NCBI RefSeq assembly: GCF_006345805.1
Contig: NC_043004.1
Span: forward strand, 101,246,001-101,310,000
DNA: 64,000 nucleotides
Direction of reading: 5' to 3'
Source of the DNA: Octopus sinensis
Lineage: Eukaryota
Position numbers and translations under genes: made by a program. Under the pieces are notes generated by a model. It saw nothing but the letters and a program-made list of their open reading frames with translations. It had not been told where the DNA came from and did no database searches. Below, piece by piece: positions 1 to 12,453 of the stretch; position 1 is the first letter of the stretch, and every line of letters begins with the position of its first letter.

Positions 1-550
1 TCATGTTTCTTTATCTAACAGGAAATGTAGCATTCTTAATTAATTTCTGTCTCTTCAAGGTTGTTTTGGTGTGGTTCTCTTATCCAAAAATCTCTTTATC
101 AATTTCTTCAGTAAATACACACACTGTCTATGAAGAGTGGTCTTCATAGTTCTTTATAATCTGCAGCCTGCAACTTGAGGCCATCCCTATAAGGAGATAT
201 AATTGATTGTCTTAGCCATGGTGCATTTATCTACCTCCAGTTTTTGTTTAGCATGTCAGATAAAGGCATCAGTGCCAGACAGAAAAAAAGGAGTGGAGAG
301 AAATAATCCCCTTGGAATATTTTTCTAGTGGAGGTGGTTTACTTTTTATGATTCATTCTTTGAATTGTATCTGCAAAATTGTTTACTATTTACTCTTGAC
401 ATGTTTTCCCATATCTTCCTTCTTCTGGGAGTCAATCCATGCCATGTTGTAACCCTTTTCTCCTGCAGTATAGCTCTGTTGATTTTCACAACCATAGGAT
501 CCTTTGTATCATCCCTTTTTGCTCTGGAAACAGGTTTATTTTTCTATATT

Positions 551-935
551 CTTTCACTTGTTTCAGTCATTTGACTGTGGCCATGCAGGGGCACTGCCTT
601 GAATGGTTTTAGTCAAACAAATTGACCCCAGGACTTATTTTTTAAGCCTAGTACTTATTCAGTCTATCTCTTTTGATGAACCAGTAAGTTACAGGGACAT
701 AAACACACCAACACTGGTTGTTAAGTGGTGATGGCAGAGGGAGCAAACACACACACAAATATATTCTTTTATGTGCTTCAGTCCTGAGGACACCATGATG
801 GGCTCCTTTCAGTTTCTGTCTACCAAATCTACTCACAAGGCTTTGGTAGGCCCAAGGCTATAGTAGATAACATTTGCCCAAGGTGTCATGCAGTGGGACT
901 GAACCTGGGACCATGTCTTTGGGAAGCAAGCTTTT
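551..935 (-). mobile_element. SINE family A, degenerate copy
   Basis: Tail cttgtttcagtcatttgactg and body shared with the copies at 7830, 11806 and 19227. Confidence 0.75.
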
Positions 936-1422
936 TAAATATCAAGTTGACAGAATTGTTAGAGCATCAGGAAAATTCTTTGCAGTATTTCTCCCGGCTC
1001 CTAGCATTCTGAGTTCAAATCCTACTAAGATTTACTTTGCCTTTTATCCCTTTGGGGGTGGTCATTAAAATGAAATACCAGTCAAGTTCTTGGATAGATA
1101 TGATATATTATTCCTTCCTCCAAGATGTGTGCTTTTGCAACTGTTAGAAATTGATACAATTGAACTGGCATAATTGTTAGAATGTCAGATAAAATAACTT
1201 GCAAATTCATTCCGACACTTAACATTCTGAGCTTGAATTCTGCCAAGATCAACTTTACTTTTTCATCCGTTTGGGCTCAATAAAATAAAGTGCCATTCTA
1301 GTATTAGATCTAGTTAACGGTATTAACTATCCTCCTACCACCAAATTTCAGACTTATAACTATGCTAGAAATATAATAATGATAATGAAAATAATAATAA
1401 TAATAATAATGATAATTATTAT

Positions 1423-2065
1423 CTCTGCCTTAGCGAAGGCGGAGGTATTGTTTACAGTCGTGTTTGTTTGTGGACAAGATATTCTGTACCGGACAAGGAT
1501 TCCGGATTATTTTTTCCTGTTTTTATTACTTAACTAGCAGTATCACGCGGCGTTGCTCGGGTTTGTAAGGGAAATAACTATAAAGTATTTTTAGAGAGTT
1601 ATAGCCAAAAAATAGCAAAAAAATGGAAAAAAAACGATGGTAAATTTTTTTTTTAGTAAAAAAGGTCGAGTTGCGTCCCCTAGACAGTCTGTGGTTTGTG
1701 TTTCTGATTCTCGACCCCATGTCGAATTTATCGATGTTTTTCAGAACTGGGGGAACTTTTCAAAATTTTCGCTGCGTTAGTTTTGAATTATGACATTGGG
1801 CTATGTGTGTGTCAAGTTTCATCAGAATCGGTTGAAAGCCGTGGTCAGGGTGAGGGTACAACCTGACAGACACACAGACAGACAAACTGCCGTTTATATA
1901 GAGAGAGATTTTTGAGAGCAGTCGGGTTCATATTTAGTATTCTCATTTGTGAGAGCAGGTGAGTTTATTTCAGATATTCTCATTTTGAAAATCATCTCTG
2001 GCTAATCATTGAGAGGACATTGGTGTTGCGTTGGTGGAGCTTTGCACTCTCTGAGTGCTCTTGTT
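1423..2065. mobile_element. Helentron-like non-autonomous element (outer element) carrying a nested insertion
   Basis: 5' hairpin CTCTGCCTT-agcg-AAGGCGGAG (1423-1444), then gtattgttttacagtcgtgtttgtttgt. 3' ggtggag sub-terminal motif and hairpin GCACTC-tct-GAGTGC (2044-2058). AT-rich flanks. Family assignment is by resemblance. Confidence 0.55.
1533..1909. mobile_element. Helitron/Helentron-type non-autonomous element (inner, Lep1/DINE-like)
   Basis: Starts ACTAGCAGTATCACGCGGCGTTGCTCGG and ends with (GACA)n then CGTTTATATAGAGAGAGAT. Flanked by T-rich sequence with no TSD. Confidence 0.6.
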
Positions 2066-2089
2066 ATTATTATTATTATTCTGTATAAA

Positions 2090-2400
2090 TGGACCAGTTC
2101 TCAGGTTTCGCCTGTGATTTCAAAAAGGTAATACAAAAGGAGAAAAAAGGGGACTCTCTACACCCCCTTTTTAGACCAGGCTCCCGTTGGCTTTTGTAGG
2201 GTTTTTTCCACCAGGAACCTTTCGAGACGTCTCCCCCTTTTGGGAGTTTTTCATTGTTGAATTTTATAAGTTGTTATAAAGATTTTTACTCGATGTTTTT
2301 AAAAAAAACGGCAAAACCCTTTGTAACCTTTCGTCCTGTCTTGTCCCTTTATGTAATCATGCGTGTCAGCCCTTGTGGCCAATAAAAAAGAATTGATTAT
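2090..2400 (+). mobile_element. Probable LINE 3' end
   Basis: Ends tgtcagcccttgtggccaataaaaaagaa followed by an (ATT)n tail. Similar ends occur at 2640-2930 and 33420-33612. Confidence 0.4.
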
Positions 2401-3239
2401 TATTATTATTATTATTATTATTGTTGTTGTCATCATCATCATCATTATTATTATTAAGGTGGTGAGCTGACAGAACCATTAGAACACCAAGCAGAATGCT
2501 TAGTGGCACTTCATCCATCTTTTCGGTCATTAAAGTAAGTACCAGTCAAGTACTGAGGTTACTGTAATTGACTAGGGCCCCACTTTCCATAAATGTCAAG
2601 CCTTGTGTCTATAATGGAAAGGATTATTATTATTATCCATTATTACGGTTTCAGGGAAATCTCAGACAAGAGGGGTGGGGGGGTCCTTGATTATCCCTTG
2701 AGGCTTTCCTATATCAGGAGGGCTACATCTCTATCATCCACCCTGCCATTTTCTTTCTTTTTTTTTCACCTTTGTATGCTATGTCCCTTTTCCAGTGTAT
2801 ACTGTGTATACTTACTTTTTTCTTTCTTTCTTTATCATTTCATTAATATATGTAAAACCCCCACACTTTGTCTGTTTCTGTGTTGTTTCCTCATCCTTTG
2901 CCCTTGTGGCAAATAAATGAAATCATCATTATTATTATCGCTGGTGGTGGGCAGTGGTGGGTTGAATGGCAGAAGAAATGGAAACCCAGACAAAACCGTG
3001 ATATTTGAAGTGAAAATGTTATACATTTCCACTTCAAATATCATCTTTGCATTTTTCAAAAAAACAAATCAATAAAATAGATAACAGTCATCTCCTGGGG
3101 TTAATTTAATCATTCTGCTCTAATGTTATGTCTTAAGTTAGACGTTATGGTGTTAGAATGGAAAGACCATCCAGCTGTAGAAGATCTGCCTCTACAAATT
3201 TCATTAGACCATGGAAAAGGTGACATAAAGTGATGGTAA

Positions 3240-3288
<49 letters not shown>

Positions 3289-3298
3289 TATATATATA

Positions 3299-3575
3299 TG
3301 GAGGCGCAATGGGCCAGTGGTTAGGGTAGTAGACTCACGGTTGTAGGATCGCAGTTTCGATTCCCAGACTGGGCGTTGTGAGTGTTTATTGAGTGAAAAC
3401 ACCTAAAGCTCCACGACGCTCCGGCAGTGGGTGGTGGCGATCCCTGCTGTACTCTTTCACCATAACTTTTTCTCACTCTTTCTTCTGTTGGCCTGCTCAT
3501 TTAGCCAGCGGGGTGGCGTCATTTGAAGGCTAAAACAGTGTGAATGTGTAGCAACATCTGATAGCCTGGTCGGTC

Positions 3576-3580
<5 letters not shown>
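3299..3580 (+). mobile_element. tRNA-head SINE (family D), tail ggtcggtcacg
   Basis: Head GGAGGCGCAATGGGCCAGTGGTTAG...GTTTCGATTCCC with A- and B-box-like motifs, sitting in (TA)n. Same subfamily as 61624-61925. Confidence 0.85.
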
Positions 3581-3609
<29 letters not shown>

Positions 3610-3618
<9 letters not shown>

Positions 3619-3699
3619 ACTCATTTGTTTTCATATTTCATGTTGTTTGCTGTTGGTGACGTCCTGTACCCATATATGTATGTGTGTGTGTGTATATAC

Positions 3700-3730
<31 letters not shown>

Positions 3731-3804
3731 ACATATATAATATATGGGTACAGGACGTCACCAACAGCAAACATGAAATATGAAAACAAATGAGTTAAAT
3801 ATAT
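3610..3804. mobile_element. Foldback/MITE-like element with ~65-bp inverted arms
   Basis: Arm 3610-3677 (tttaactcatttgttttcatatttcatg...gacgtcctgtacccatatat) is the reverse complement of 3739-3804 except for a 3-nt indel. The spacer is (TG)n(TA)n(CA)n. Confidence 0.8.
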
Positions 3805-4016
3805 TTCTTTACTACCCACAAGGGGCTAAACACAGAGGGGACAAACAAGGATAGACAAACGGATTAAGTTGATTATATCGACCCCAGTGTGTAACTGGTA
3901 CTTAATTTATCGACCCCGAAAGGATGAAAGGCAAAGTCGACTTTGGCGGAATTTGAACCCAGAACGTAACGGCAGACGAAATACGGCGTGCTAACATTTC
4001 TGCCAGCTCGCCACCT
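3803..4016 (-). mobile_element. SINE family B, monomer
   Basis: Reverse complement of GGCGAGCTGGCAGAAATGTTAGC...GTTCAAATTCCGCC...CCTTTCATCCTTTCGGGGTCGATAA...CCCCTTGTGGGTAGTAAAGAAAT. Confidence 0.85.
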
Positions 4017-4829
4017 TATAATGATAATATGATGATGATGATGATACTAATGATGCTGATGCTTCTACCAGGCTTTTCTTTGTTATCGTCTTCTTTTCTT
4101 CTCCTCCTGGTCAGAGAAGACAGTCACTGAGTCACTGAGTTTTTGTTGTGTTTGTTTTTGTTTTTTTTATATATCTGGTGTTGAAGATGTTTGGGGAAAC
4201 TGTTTGGTGGTGGTGGTGGTGGTGGTGATGGTACAGTCGTGGAAATAGTGTGAAGAATAATAAAAGTTAGGAAGTGTGTAGAGGGGACGAAAAGTGTGAG
4301 TGGTGTGAGGAGACCGAAAAGAAAGATGGAGGACATTGTGGTTATAAGAACACAGACAGAGAATGCTGTAGTTGGGAAAGACAGAAGAAGGGGGTGGTTA
4401 AGTGTTGAAAAATTAGTCAAGGGGGGATGGTTGGGATTATAGGGATAGATCTGGTGAGGTAACCCTGGATGATTCTAGTGGCAGTGGTAGTGGTGGTGGT
4501 GGTGGTGGTGGCGGCAATATCTTCAGCTGAGTCAGTTGCTCAGGAAAGAAGGGGTAAGGAGTGGAGGCTGGATTAGGAAGTTAGAGACCAGTTGTATAAA
4601 AGACGGCAGCAGAGAGAAGCTCCCAACATGCCAAATCCCTTTATTCCTAACCCTTATAATCTTCCATATATCCCCCCTCCCCCCAAGCCTCACAGTGATC
4701 TCCACAATATAGTCCCACCATCACCACCACCACTGGTTATAGCAAAACAGTGTGGCACCCTGCAGGGAAAACATCTTTTATGGATGGTTGGTTAGTTGGA
4801 TGGTTCGGTGGCTGGTTGCACTCTTGCAC

Positions 4830-4949
4830 CCACCCTCTCTCCCCTGCTCCCTCCTTCTTTCAATACTCCCTTCCCCCTTCGCTCACTCACTTTGCCTCAT
4901 TCCCTCATTTTACTTCATTCACTCCCTCTGCCTCGTTCACTCTCTCTGC

Positions 4950-4980
<31 letters not shown>

Positions 4981-5290
4981 TCACTCTTTCTCTCCTTTCT
5001 CACTCTCTCCTCTCCCTTCTTCACTTACTCTCCTTTCTCACTCTCTTCCTCTCCCTTCTTCACTTACACTCTCCTTTCTCACTCTCTCCTCTCCTTTCTT
5101 CACTCATACTCTCCTTTCTCACTCACATTCTCTCGTTTCCTCTCCCTCCTTTCTCTTTCCTCCTCTCTCTCCTTCTCTCACTCTGTCTCCCACCTCTCTC
5201 TCACCGCTTCTCTCTCTTCCTTCCCTGCCTCATCCACACCTCCCTTTCTCCCCCCACCATCCCACCCCCACCTCCACCACTGTTCCCCTT
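4830..5290. repeat. CT-rich low-complexity tract
   Basis: Nearly pure pyrimidine on the + strand. Similar tracts at 7243-7460, 14395-14925 and 44310-44520. Confidence 0.9.
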
Positions 5291-5439
5291 ACCATTTAAC
5301 TACACGACCACTGGTACTAAAACATCCCCATTGCAACCAACACTACCACCAACACAGCTATCACTATTAAACATGAAACATCTTCATTGTTTTCGGCTTG
5401 AGTCTGTTTGCATATTATGTACATATGTATTGTACATAG

Positions 5440-5454
5440 GCATGCATCCACATA

Positions 5455-5495
<41 letters not shown>

Positions 5496-5770
5496 GCACA
5501 TACATTGTGTGTGTGTCAGTGCATGCATTTGTATCTGCAAAGTGAGATGGAAGAAAAGAGGGGTTTAAACAGCATGATGTCAACAACAACAACAATTATG
5601 TTTGTAAGGATATAGGGTGGTATATATATATATATACACAAATTAAGGACCGAGCACGAAAAGTGGACAGTCAACATGCTAGATATAGACGTCAAATCGC
5701 CATTCTCCACAAAGAGTATGTTCTCAAATAAAACTCAGCACATGTGTATATGTGCATGTGTGTGTGTATG

Positions 5771-5803
<33 letters not shown>

Positions 5804-5981
5804 GCATGTGTGTACATGTATGTATTTGTATATGCATATGAGTAAGATTCCTTATGTGTATGTATGTATATATATATATGTGTGTGTGTGTATGAATGTG
5901 AATCTTTTTTCTACTCCCACCACCAAATTTATTATCATCCTTGTTCTTTTAAATAATGAACCTCACTTTTCACAGACAGAC

Positions 5982-6026
<45 letters not shown>

Positions 6027-6426
6027 TGCATTTGCATACAAATACACACAATTTGTACACACATATATAAATATTTGCTCACATGCATGTATATTTGCAA
6101 ATACATACATGTGTTTGTGCAGATAACATATATCTGCATTACAAACTCTCACACACGTCCTTATACACATTTTGTGCATACATACATTCATACACAACAA
6201 AATAGCTGATGTGTTTAGTGTTTTATGCAGCTAACCCCACCCACCACATCTGCTTGTAATCCACTCTTTGCATGTACACGCCTTCTTTTCTCCTCTGTGT
6301 ATTGTCTATTAAAACTGCAGCAAATCTGTATGACAACTTCATGATGCAGTCTGCTACTGTCTTATGTGTGTGTATATATACAAGTGTATATATGTGTTGG
6401 TGTATGCATGTATGTGTATATGTGCA

Positions 6427-6471
<45 letters not shown>

Positions 6472-6900
6472 TAGCATGGAAAGCGGACATTAAACAATGA
6501 TGATGATAATATATATATATATATATATATTCATATAGTATGTGTGTATGAGTGTCTATATATATAGTGTGTATGTGTGTGTCTACATATGTATATAGAA
6601 TGCATGTATGTGTATTTGTCTGTGTGTTTGTGTGTGTGTGTGTATATATATATACATATACATTCATATATGCATGTGTACATGTCTGTATGTATGTGTG
6701 TATATATATTCATATACATATGTATACACATTTCTGTGTGTATGTGTATATGTGCATGTGTGTCTATATATATATGTGTGTGTGTGTATATATATATATA
6801 TGCATGTGTGTACATGTATGTATTTGTATATGCATATGAGTAAGATTCCTTATGTGTATGTATGTATATATATATATATATATATATGAATGGATGTATG
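5440..6900. repeat. Compound (TA)n/(TG)n/(CA)n microsatellite field
   Basis: Directly visible. Source of the many YI/CV/HT-rich ORFs. Confidence 0.9.
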
Positions 6901-7829
6901 TCGGTGAAAGATTGTATGTGAATTAATATTTAATTTCTGTTTATTAAATGAGATATCGAGTTGTATGAGAGAGAGAGAGAGAGAGATAAATGTTTCAAGT
7001 TTCTTTCATTCTGAAGAATGTGATAAGCAAAAAATATTTAAGTGTGTGAATGGAAATCTAATAAATTTTGTATTATCTTTTTCTTCATCATAAGAGAATT
7101 TCAGCTGGCACAGATTCATTAGGATGAGAATCGACCAACCAAATAGATTTTGGTTCATATTCTACAACTGGTACTGCATTTTATCCCAAGACACTTAACT
7201 GTGGCACTTTAGTTCTTTAGAAGTTTTCTTCATTTACACACCCTCTCTCTCTCCCCGTCTCTCTCTCTCTGTCTCTCTCTCTCTCCATGTCTCTCCCTCT
7301 CTCCTTTGTCTCTCTCTGTCTCACTGTCATTCTCTCTATCTATCTCTGTCTCACTATCTCTGTTTCACACTCTCTCTGTCTCTCACTTTCTATCTCTCTC
7401 TGTCCCTCACTTTATCTCTCTGTCTCACTCTCTTATACACTTTCTCTCTCTCTCTCTCAACATTATCATTTACCTAGAAACCAAAGAGAGAGCTATAATA
7501 TTACCAGATTACCATTCCTCAATGTGATCACTTCTCTCTCAACCTGAAAGGCAAAACAGACATACAGACCAACAGACAAAACCTAAGAGAGAAAAAGAAA
7601 ACTCAGTTAATCTCTTTTTTTCTTCCATACTGGCATGGGTTGGATGGTTCTGCTGGAACTGATGAGCCAGGGGACTGTACCATGCTCCAGTGTCTGCTTT
7701 GGCATGGTTTCTTCAGTTGGATGCTTTTCCTAACACTTACATAAAATTATAAATTATCTACTGATAGTAATTTAAATATTCAGTGTTCCCTGAATAGATT
7801 GAGGCACTTGACAATTCTCAATTACAATA

Positions 7830-8044
7830 TACTCTCTTTTACTCTTTTACTTGTTTCAGTCATTTGACTGCGGCCATGCTGGAGCACCGCCTTTAATCGA
7901 GCCACTCGACTCCAGGACTTATTCTTTATAAGCCCAGTACTTATTCTATCGGTCTCTTTTGCCGAACCGCTAAATAACGGGGACATAAACACACCAGCAT
8001 CGGTTGTCAAGCAATGCTAGGAGGACAAACACAGACACACAAAC

Positions 8045-8090
<46 letters not shown>

Positions 8091-8252
8091 GATGGGCTTC
8101 TTTCAGTTTGCATCTACCAAATCCACTCACAAGGCATTGGTCGGCCCGGGGCTATAGCAGAAGACACTTGCCCAAGATGCCACGCAGTGGGACTGAACCT
8201 GGAACCGTGTTGTTGGTTAGCAAGCTACTTACCACACAGCCACTCCTGCGCA
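7830..8252 (-). mobile_element. SINE family A, full length
   Basis: tRNA-like head GCGCAGGAGTGGCTGTGTGGTAAG...GGTTCAGTCCC, internal (TA)n(TG)n and tail GTCAAATGACTGAAACAAGTAAAAGAGT, all read on the - strand. Confidence 0.9.
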
Positions 8253-8529
8253 TATCTTCACATATTTTTTTTTTTTTTTTTACTTATGAGCTACAATTTA
8301 GAAGTCTTGAAGTGGAATTAATAGTATGTTGTTTGTGTATAGCCCTAGGTTAGATTTCATTGAACAAACCTATGGTTAAATGCTTTTCAGTCCTAAAGGT
8401 TTCATTTTTCGATTTTCCGATGTGTATCTTTTATCTTTCACTTGTTTCAGTTATTGAACCACACCGATACGGGGTCACAGCCCTGAAGGGTTTAGTTGAA
8501 TGAATTGACCCCGGTACTTACAATAACGA

Positions 8530-8812
8530 AGTAGTGAGTTTGATTCCTGGACTGGGCTGTGTGTTGTGTTCTTGAGCAAGACCCTTTATTTCATGTTGCT
8601 CCAGTTCACTCATCTGTAGAAATGAGTTGTGATGTCACTGGTGCCAAGCTGTATTGGCCTTTGCTTTTCCCTTGGATAACATCGGTGGCATGGAGAGGGG
8701 CAACTGGCATGCATGGACAACTGCTGGTCATCCATAAACAACTTTGCCCAGACTTGTGCCTTGGAAAGTAACTTTCTAGGTGCAATCCCATGGTCATTCA
8801 TGACCAAAAGGA
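8530..8812 (+). mobile_element. tRNA-head SINE family E, partial
   Basis: gtgagtttgattcc...cttgagcaag...gttgctccagttcactcatctgtagaaatg...ggtgcaatcccatggtcattcatgacc. Homologous to 61951-62315. Confidence 0.7.
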
Positions 8813-8944
8813 GGCTAGGTGTGCTATTTTTTTCTGTTGAACCCTTCTGCTCAGCCACTAAGTTATGAGGATGTAAACAAACCAATACTGGTTGTCAAAC
8901 AGTGGTGAGAACAAACACAGACACACACATGTACATACCACACA

Positions 8945-8975
<31 letters not shown>

Positions 8976-10020
8976 CATATTGATAATATACAACACACAT
9001 CTTACAGTTTCCATCTACCTAATTTATTCACAAGGCATTAATCAGCCCAAATTACCACACAGTGGGACTGAACCTTTAGCCATTTGGTTGCAGAGTGACC
9101 TTCTTGGTCACATAGCCATACCTACAGGTGTACTTGAAAAGAAACCAAACTGGTAGATGTGATTTGAGGGAGATTTCACTCCTCTTTTTAGCAGATTAAG
9201 AAACCATGCATGTAGAAGCTTCATTATTGGTTCAGGATTAAACAGATTAAACAAAATATCTTTGCAGTGTTTAGTTGTGTTTAAGTTCTGAGTTCAAATC
9301 CTACCAAGGTCAGCATTGCTTTTCGCCATTCCAGGATTAAATAAAGTATGGGTCAAGTTTTACAATTCTGCCAGTTTGCCATCTTGATGACTGTAAACAA
9401 TGGTGAAATATTCCTTTGTGTAGAAACCAGTGAAGGTTGACATCAGAAGGAGTATCCAACTTAACTCTTTGAGTTCAGGCTGACCCATTCAATCATAAGA
9501 AAGGGACATTGATGATGATGGTGATGATAATATCCTGAAACAAAAGTAGGGAGGTCTTTTAGTTGCAGAAACAAATTGCAAGTGCATAAGAACCTGTGAA
9601 CTGAAAAACATAAAAATGAATAAAAAAAACATAAATTCATAGGTATGTAAATTATATCAAACAGTTGCTTTGGTGTTGTGGCTCAAACCACCGACCCATT
9701 TTTTTTTTTCTGTCCATATGGGTTTTTTAAAGATTTCATGAGTAGATTGTTTCAAACTGGACAATAAGCAAAAAATTCCTCTCTCCTGAGTGGAAACCTC
9801 GTTGTTGAGGGAGATTTTACTATTGTGTTAAGCCAGCCATATGATTACACAGAAGTTCATACACAGTTGTTCCTAACAACAAAGCACTCAAATTCTTTAT
9901 AAATAAAATAAAATAAAATAAAAAACTAGTTTGTTAGACTTTAGTCATAAATTTGCATACAAACTACTGTCATGTGACACAGGGGAATTTTGTTTTTTTC
10001 ATATATATATATATATATAT

Positions 10021-10245
10021 AGAGGCGCAATGGCCCAGTGGTTAGGGCAGCGGACTCGCGGTCGCAGGATCGCGGTTTCGATTCTCAGACCGGGCGTTGT
10101 GTGTGTTTATTGAGCGAAAACACCTAAAAAAGCTCTACGAGGCTCCGGCAGGGGGTGGTGATCCCTGCTGTACTCTTTCACCACAATGGCGGTGCCCCAG
10201 CATGGCCACAGCTCAAGAGCTGAAACTGGAAAAAACAAAAACAAA
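10021..10245 (+). mobile_element. Family D SINE head joined to a family-A-like tail
   Basis: GAGGCGCAATGGCCCAGTGGTTAGGGCAGCGGACTCGCGG head, then ggcggtgccccagcatggccacagctc...ctgaaac. Confidence 0.7.
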
Positions 10246-10969
10246 ACAAAAAATATATATATATTTATGTATGTATATATATTTATTTATGTATGTATAG
10301 AGAGAGAGAAAGAAATATATATAAAGTCACACTAAATTTGTTATTTTTCTCTTCAATTCAAAGCTTTTCAAGTTTGAAAAATGGTATGCGTCTGTGTGTG
10401 TCCAGTGCCTCAGATTTTATCTATGGCTTCAGATTTTCTTTCAAACTGAAGCTATTTTGTTTCCATCCATAAATGCTTTTAGATAAGCTCAGTGATAAAC
10501 TTCACCCACCCACTCACATACCAATCTCTGATGGCATGCCTCTAAAAAAAAAAAAATATTCTTTGTCTCGTATATAATGAATTCAGATTTTAGGACAGAG
10601 CTGGCAGTTGTTAAGGGGAGGGAGAAATTGATTGCATCAACCCAAGTATTTGGCCCCACCGAAAGGATGAAAAGCAAAGCAACATTTTGTCCATCTTTGT
10701 TCTGAATTCAAATTCTACTGGGGTTGACTAAGCATTTCAGCCAGCGTACTAACCATTCTGCCAACTCACTGCTTCTGTTTCTTACATATAAAACGTGATG
10801 ACTTGTGTACATTAAAAGTATGTTGTATATTAAAGGTCAGTTTGAAAAGAAATCAGTAGGTCAAGCAGTCTGGTTTTTATCCTGATTGTAGCCATTCCGC
10901 CTAGATATACCAGAACATCAAAGAAGGTAGTTACTGCTCAGCATTTCGTGCTCATGCCTTGAAGATTTT

Positions 10970-11487
10970 TAAAAGGCACCTGTGTCGGTGGAACATAAAA
11001 AACAAAAACACCATCCAAGCGTGGCCGTTCGCCAGCCTCGTCTGGCACCTGTGTCGGTGGCACATAAAAAACACCATCCGGCGTGGCCGTTCACCAGCCT
11101 CGTCTGGCACCTGTTTCGGTGGCACATAAAAAACACCATCCGAGCGTGGCTGTTCACCAGCCTCATCTGGCCCGTGTCGGTGGCACATAAAAAACACCAT
11201 CCAAGCGTGGCCGTTCACCAGCCTCGTCTGGCACCTGTGTCGGTGGCACATAAAAAACACCATCCGAGCGTGGCCATTCGCCAGCCTCGTCTGGTACCTG
11301 TGTTGGTGGCACATAAAAAACACCCACTACACTCACAGAGTGGTTGGCGTTAGGAAGGGCATCCAGCTGTAGAAACACTGCCAGATCTGACTGGCCTGGT
11401 GCAGCCTTCGGGCTTCCCAGACCCCAGTTGAACCGTCCAACCCATGCTAGAATGGAAAACGGACGTTAAACGATGATGATGATGATG
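10970..11487 (+). mobile_element. SINE-like family C with internal ~58-bp VNTR and RTE-type (GAT)n tail
   Basis: About six units of GGCACATAAAAAACACCATCCGAGCGTGGCCGTTCGCCAGCCTCGTCTGGCACCTGTGTCGGT, then GGTTGGCGTTAGGAAGGGCATCCAGC...GGAAAACGGACGTTAAACGATGATGATG. Confidence 0.85.
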
Positions 11488-11805
11488 ATGTAGTGAGTTA
11501 TAGATAAACTGCAGACTGTTGTGAGTCAGCTTAGGTACTTCGCATTCTCTTAATTTTATCATTTTCGATGATTTGGTCAAGAGGAGGAAGAGCAATGGTC
11601 ATGAATCTTGGTCTTTTGCAAGGCTTATTAGCCAGGTGGGAGAAAAGGACAGTTATACCCAGTCTGAAAACCTGGTCAGAATGCTTGTAACTGCAGACTC
11701 TTTTATAGGCACAAAAGGATCCAGCAAACTCCAAAGACACTAATCCCCATATTCTTTTTATCGGCCTCAGAAGTAAAAAAAAAAAAAAATGGTTAAAGTG
11801 AACAT

Positions 11806-12206
11806 ATAGGTGCAGGAGTGGCTGTGTGGTAAGTAGCTTGCTAACCAACCACATGGTTCCGGGTTCAATCCCACTGCGTGGCATCTTGGGCAAGTGTCTT
11901 CTGCTATAGCCCCGGGCCGACCAATGCCTTGGGAGTGGATTTGGTAGACGGAAACTGAAAGAAGCCTGTCGTATATATGTATATATATATGTATGTGTGT
12001 GTGTTTGTGTGTCTGTGTTTGTCCCCCTAGCATTGCTTGACAACCGATGCTGGTGTGTTTACGTCCCTGTCACTTAGCGGTTCGGCAAAAGAGACCGATA
12101 GAATAAGTACTGGGCTTACAAAGAATAAGTCCCGGGGTCGATTTGCTCGACTGAAGGCGGTGCTCCAGCATGGCCGCAGTCAAATGACTGAAACAAGTAA
12201 AAGAGT
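11806..12206 (+). mobile_element. SINE family A, full length
   Basis: Complete head-to-tail match to the other family A copies. Confidence 0.9.
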
Positions 12207-12453
12207 ATATGCAAGATTTGAGTTAAGAAACACAAAAAGATGTGACCAAATACCTCAATATATATGAAACATAACATTATTTGTTATTGGAGTGTGTGAC
12301 AGAGATGGTATTGTTCCAGGCTAAATTCCTTGCATTTAATTACATTCTTTTGCATTCTGATTTCAAATTCCGCTTGAAAAATTGATTATGCCACTCCAGA
12401 GACAATAGATTTAGCACTAGTCTTATTCTGGGTTGATATAATTACTTATACAG

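Noticed and set aside
1-540. Open stretches on the - strand (PVSRAKRDDTKDPMVV...)
   Set aside because: No recognisable motif or splice context. Possibly an old transposon remnant.
4750-7547. ORFs of 60-287 aa rich in S/L/F or Y/I/C/V
   Set aside because: Translations of CT-rich and TA/TG/CA microsatellites. The same applies to 14352-14989, 44200-44594, 52469-53044 and 61134-61717.
7822-8353. Recurrent ORFs MSSNARGTNT..., MTTDAGVF..., MLGGQTQT...
   Set aside because: Incidental frames within SINE family A, repeated in every copy.
10021-10100. Functional tRNA genes at SINE heads
   Set aside because: A and B boxes are present but there is no complete cloverleaf, and each continues into a SINE body, several with TSDs.
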